Shown here: positions 60,699 to 64,000 of the stretch, piece by piece
Numbering within the stretch: position 1 is the first letter of the stretch
Layout of the letters: each line of letters opens with the position of its first letter
Origin: Candidatus Heimdallarchaeota archaeon
GTDB taxonomy: Archaea > Asgardarchaeota > Heimdallarchaeia > Heimdallarchaeales > Heimdallarchaeaceae
Length of the DNA: 64,000 nt
Reading direction: 5' to 3'
Assembly (NCBI GenBank): GCA_030603365.1
Contig: JAUVXV010000002.1
Location: 288,001-352,000 of the forward strand
Notes under the pieces: generated by a model
Databases searched by the model: none
What the model was told of the DNA's origin: nothing
The model's input: only the letters and a program-made list of their open reading frames with translations
Position numbers and translations under genes: made by a program

Positions 60699-61703
60699 CT
60701 ATTCCAATAAACCATCTTCTTTTAACGACTCTAGTATTTCAGAGATTTCATCTTCCAATTTATCAATAGTTTCGTCCTTTCCTTTCTTGGGTTTCTTGGT
60801 TTTACGCCTTTCTTCTATCAAATCTCGTAAACTACTACCATCTGGTAGATCAACTAAAGTTCCACCCACTTTGGAAATTTCATCTCTAATGGTTTTTAAT
60901 TGAGCTTCAGATTCATCAAAAACTTCTTTATCAGGTAACATAGAAGCTAATTCAGGTACGGAGCTTGCTTCTTCTGCAGGTTGCAGTGAACCTAGATCAT
61001 TTAAACCAAGTTCTTGAAGTAAAGAAGTTTCATCTAAATCAAGATCCTTAATTGATCCTGAGGTAAATTGATCTATTTTTGTCTGAGATTTAGGTGTTGC
61101 ATCGAATTGTATTGTAGCCGTCTCTTTCTGCTTACAGTGGTGTTCTTCTGTAATGGGATGGTGAATACCACAATATGGACACACTGTCTCGTGTAAGGTT
61201 TGTATATGTACTCCCAAAGCTCTTTGATCATGAGTGACAAAACCACAATGACTACACTTGAGCAAAGGAATGAAATTTTCTGATGCCACAAATTCATCAA
61301 AATTTGCGTAAAGATACCATAGTAAAGATATTCTGACAGTCTTTGATGTACTCCAGCCTGTTTTCTTTTTAATACTTGTTAGACTTTCAGTACTTACTTG
61401 ATCTTTTAGTCTAAAAGAAAGCTTCGTTTCTTTTCTTGCTTTTGATTCATCCTCGTATCTTTTCATTAATAAAATCTCTAGTTTGATATAATCATTTAAT
61501 TCTTCAACAATATTTATACGACTCTTCATTTTTCTTACTCGAAGAGCTAGATCATCCAAAGAGAGAGTAATCATTTGGCTTGCACCTCCAAAGCTTTTAG
61601 ATTGCTCTAAAACTGCATTCTTAAAATTCTCAGGAACATTTATTGTATAAACATTGGAAGCTCTTGTACCACCAGTTTGCGGAGTTATTTGTTTCACCTT
61701 CAC
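60699..61703 (-). CDS. Putative DNA-binding protein: RHH-like segments, C2H2 and CxxC zinc fingers, acidic tail
   Basis: CSHC-x12-HIQTLH; CPYC…HHC; YTINVP and LSFRL beta-helix-helix patterns. Confidence 0.65.
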   Translation of the reverse strand: MKVKQITPQTGGTRASNVYTINVPENFKNAVLEQSKSFGGASQMITLSLDDLALRVRKMKSRINIVEELNDYIKLEILLMKRYEDESKARKETKLSFRLKDQVSTESLTSIKKKTGWSTSKTVRISLLWYLYANFDEFVASENFIPLLKCSHCGFVTHDQRALGVHIQTLHETVCPYCGIHHPITEEHHCKQKETATIQFDATPKSQTKIDQFTSGSIKDLDLDETSLLQELGLNDLGSLQPAEEASSVPELASMLPDKEVFDESEAQLKTIRDEISKVGGTLVDLPDGSSLRDLIEERRKTKKPKKGKDETIDKLEDEISEILESLKEDGLLE

Positions 61704-61928
61704 CGTATTATTTGCGTATTATTGTCTCGAGTTAATATTTTATAAGCTTTTGCCAATGAAAGAAATTTAAGAAAAAATCCGAAATTAGGAACTATCAAAA
61801 TCAATATTAAACACAATCTAGATATAATCTTGAGAGTTTATGATGATCATGCACTACTTTGAACATTAGTAATGCAATAAAAACGGGGATCTGAGGCTCT
61901 CACTAAATTAGCTTCTTAATTTAGTTTC

Positions 61929-62369
61929 TTAATTTAGATTCACTTTAATAGGGATCCCTTCTTTCACGCTTCCTGAAACAATACAATAGTTTTTGAAAAT
62001 TTCTAGACATCGGATGAAATTTTGGTCTTTATTATTCTCAACAACAGGTTCTAAATCTACTTCAATTTGAGAAATTCTCCAAAATCCTTCTTCATTTCTT
62101 TCACGTTTGAATTTTATTGTAGTATTAAGTTCCTTTAATTCAACTTTCTTCTTTGTTAAACAAAATGTTAGTGATGCTGAGAGACAATTTCCTACAGCAG
62201 TTGCTAATAACATAGATGCGGTTGGTCCAACCCCTTCTCCTCCAGGAACTGCTTCTTCTTCATCCATAACAAGATTCTTTATTGAATCTGATCCAAAATC
62301 AACTTCAAATTTGTAGTTGTCTTTTTTTACCATTTTAATTGTATACTCAAAATTATGACTTTCTGACAT
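61929..62369 (-). CDS. OsmC/Ohr family protein
   Basis: MDE…GG.G.GP…AVGNC…YCIVS.SV. Confidence 0.9.
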   Translation of the reverse strand: MSESHNFEYTIKMVKKDNYKFEVDFGSDSIKNLVMDEEEAVPGGEGVGPTASMLLATAVGNCLSASLTFCLTKKKVELKELNTTIKFKRERNEEGFWRISQIEVDLEPVVENNKDQNFIRCLEIFKNYCIVSGSVKEGIPIKVNLN

Positions 62370-62401
62370 CTCAATTCCATCCTTCAATTAATAAAAGAAA
62401 T

Positions 62402-63328
62402 TTAGTCACCTGATATTAAAATATCATCCAGAACCTCTTCTAAATCGGGTCTATCTGGTGGTTCTTCTGGTCTTTCGTAATCACCCTCAGTAATTGCATC
62501 AGTTAGATCTAAATCAACTTTACCTCTTTTTCTTGATGGAGTTGGAACTATCATTGTTCCACTAAGATTTTCTATCTTGTCATTTATTTCCATAACAAGG
62601 TTGACTAGTTTTGTTATCTGATCATTACTGAATCCTGATACTGTCTGTAAATCAGATCTAGCTTGATCTTCAAAACTCGGAACTGATTCTTGTGCTGAAG
62701 CGGCTATTGCTTTGGTTTCAGGACTTGCGCCATTATCCATAATTGCAACTGGTTTTTCTTGTTTTGACATTGCTCTTGCGGCTTTAGCAGCTATAGCTTC
62801 TGTTGGGAAAAGTTCTGTTAATTCTGCTAGGACTTGTTCTTGATTTGTTTCATTCAAAAGAACTATCTTGTCCTTTAGATCATCTCTTTCATTTATTAAA
62901 TCTTCAAACTCATTTTCTAGTGCAGAATATTTGTCCTTAACAAGCTTGGTCTCTTGATTTAGTAGTTTGATAAGTTTGATAAGCTTTGGAAGACCTCGAG
63001 CTAATTCCGTTGCATTGGTTTGCATTTCTTTGTATCTCGCAACTGATACAATTTTGACTCCTTTCTTATTTTGTTCTTTGAATTCTACTTCTAAGCCTTC
63101 AACTCTTTTCTTTAAATCTCGATTTTGTATTAAGAGTCTTTCTACAAGTAGCTTAACCTTTCTAAGTGCTTCTAACAGGATTCTATTTCTTTCTTGAAGC
63201 TCTTTAACATCTGAATCTGTGAAGCTCTTTGCGCTCAAAATCTCTTCAAAATCTTCATCTTCTTCATCGTAGGATTGTTGAATCTTCTTGAGAAGTTTTT
63301 CTTCGGGATTTAATCCTGTATAATTCAT
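62402..63328 (-). CDS. Coiled-coil protein with an acidic C-terminal tail
   Basis: Heptad-rich N-terminal half; low-complexity C-terminal half. Confidence 0.75.
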   Translation of the reverse strand: MNYTGLNPEEKLLKKIQQSYDEEDEDFEEILSAKSFTDSDVKELQERNRILLEALRKVKLLVERLLIQNRDLKKRVEGLEVEFKEQNKKGVKIVSVARYKEMQTNATELARGLPKLIKLIKLLNQETKLVKDKYSALENEFEDLINERDDLKDKIVLLNETNQEQVLAELTELFPTEAIAAKAARAMSKQEKPVAIMDNGASPETKAIAASAQESVPSFEDQARSDLQTVSGFSNDQITKLVNLVMEINDKIENLSGTMIVPTPSRKRGKVDLDLTDAITEGDYERPEEPPDRPDLEEVLDDILISGD

Positions 63329-63833
63329 TAGACAATCACAACGATATTAATTCTATTGTGTAATAGCCCTTAAAAAAAATTTGCTTTTAGTAAATTCCCT
63401 TTCATCCGATTACAGCAATCCTTGAATTATCCATCAAATGAAAACCCTAAGATTTTTGTCGGAATATCAAATAGCATTCATTAAGGATTTTAGAGAAAAA
63501 AAATCTATGATTGAATAAAATTATCTATACAATATGAAAAGAAAAAAAAGTAGAAATCACTTATAGGCTCCTTCTAGTTTTTTATATAGTACTAGTTAAC
63601 CAGCTAGATACTCGTCATGAACACCCACATATTTTTGGATAAATATTTAACTAATAATAAAGAATACCAAAGAAGCGCTAGAGAATTGCAAACTGATTAG
63701 GTATACTTAACCCAGCTAATTCTCCTATTCCTAAGAATGCTAGGAACACAAGTGGTTTCAATGTAAAAGAAAAATTCCCTTAAAGTTGTGAGAAAAGTTA
63801 AATACAGCCCTATGTTTATGTCTTCAGATTCTA

Positions 63834-64000
63834 ATGAAAATATTCAATGTAGAGGGTAAGAAAGGAGAAAAAACTTTTGGATATATTGACATGTTTGAAT
63901 ATCCACATGGAACAACAGAAAAACTTCCAATTTGTATAATAGAAGGATTTGAGGAAGGTCCTGCATTTCTTCTGACAGGGAATATCCATGGAGATGAACT
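63834..64000 (+). CDS. Succinylglutamate desuccinylase/aspartoacylase (M14) family protein, truncated by the window end; not in the ORF track
   Basis: Translated by hand: MKIFNVEGKKGEK…LPICIIEG.EEGPAFLLTGNIHGDE. Confidence 0.85.
   Translation, partial: MKIFNVEGKKGEKTFGYIDMFEYPHGTTEKLPICIIEGFEEGPAFLLTGNIHGDE

Noticed and set aside
501-63197. Numerous short ORFs antisense to or nested in long genes (e.g. 2883-3248, 4198-4494, 43115-43435, 57493-57837, 62967-63197)
   Set aside because: Shadow ORFs overlapping well-supported genes, with no recognisable motifs
63329-63833. 500-bp gap with short minus-strand hydrophobic fragments; possible pseudogene or ncRNA
   Set aside because: No continuous ORF, no GC-rich stems and no tRNA-like structure visible

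Overview
AT-rich (about 30% GC by eye), gene-dense archaeal chromosomal window. It most resembles Asgard archaea (Heimdallarchaeia-like). This is an inference from roadblock/longin-like domains, a small GTPase, CTERM-type surface proteins, TATA boxes about 25-30 nt before start codons, and oligo-T terminators. I found no rRNA, tRNA or CRISPR array. Contents: peptidases (M24, M42, archaemetzincin, M14), transporters (ArsB/NhaD-SLC13, a type VII ABC system, two DMTs), and a surface-protein region with two beta-helix + membrane protein pairs, a 1214-aa FG-GAP/TSP3 adhesin-like protein, and four tandem GIFT/DUF4350-like paralogues. Also present: a cpaM-hgcAB-like fusion operon, AmrS radical SAM, nadA-nadC, iscS/iscU, GH1, GT4 and two-component proteins. 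Best candidates for undescribed systems: (1) an apparently catalytically degenerate NAD-kinase domain (GGDG changed to GGTG) fused to a winged HTH and divergent from nadAC, i.e. a putative NAD(P)-sensing transcription factor; (2) a small GTPase-hypothetical-hypothetical-serine recombinase cluster; (3) a mosaic surface-gene array with a 217-bp near-identical patch suggesting gene conversion; (4) 7TM- and receiver-domain fusions to longin/DENN-like domains; (5) a corrinoid methyl-transfer module related to HgcAB but probably not a mercury methylase; (6) a degenerate IscS. All family assignments come from motif recognition by eye, not database searches.
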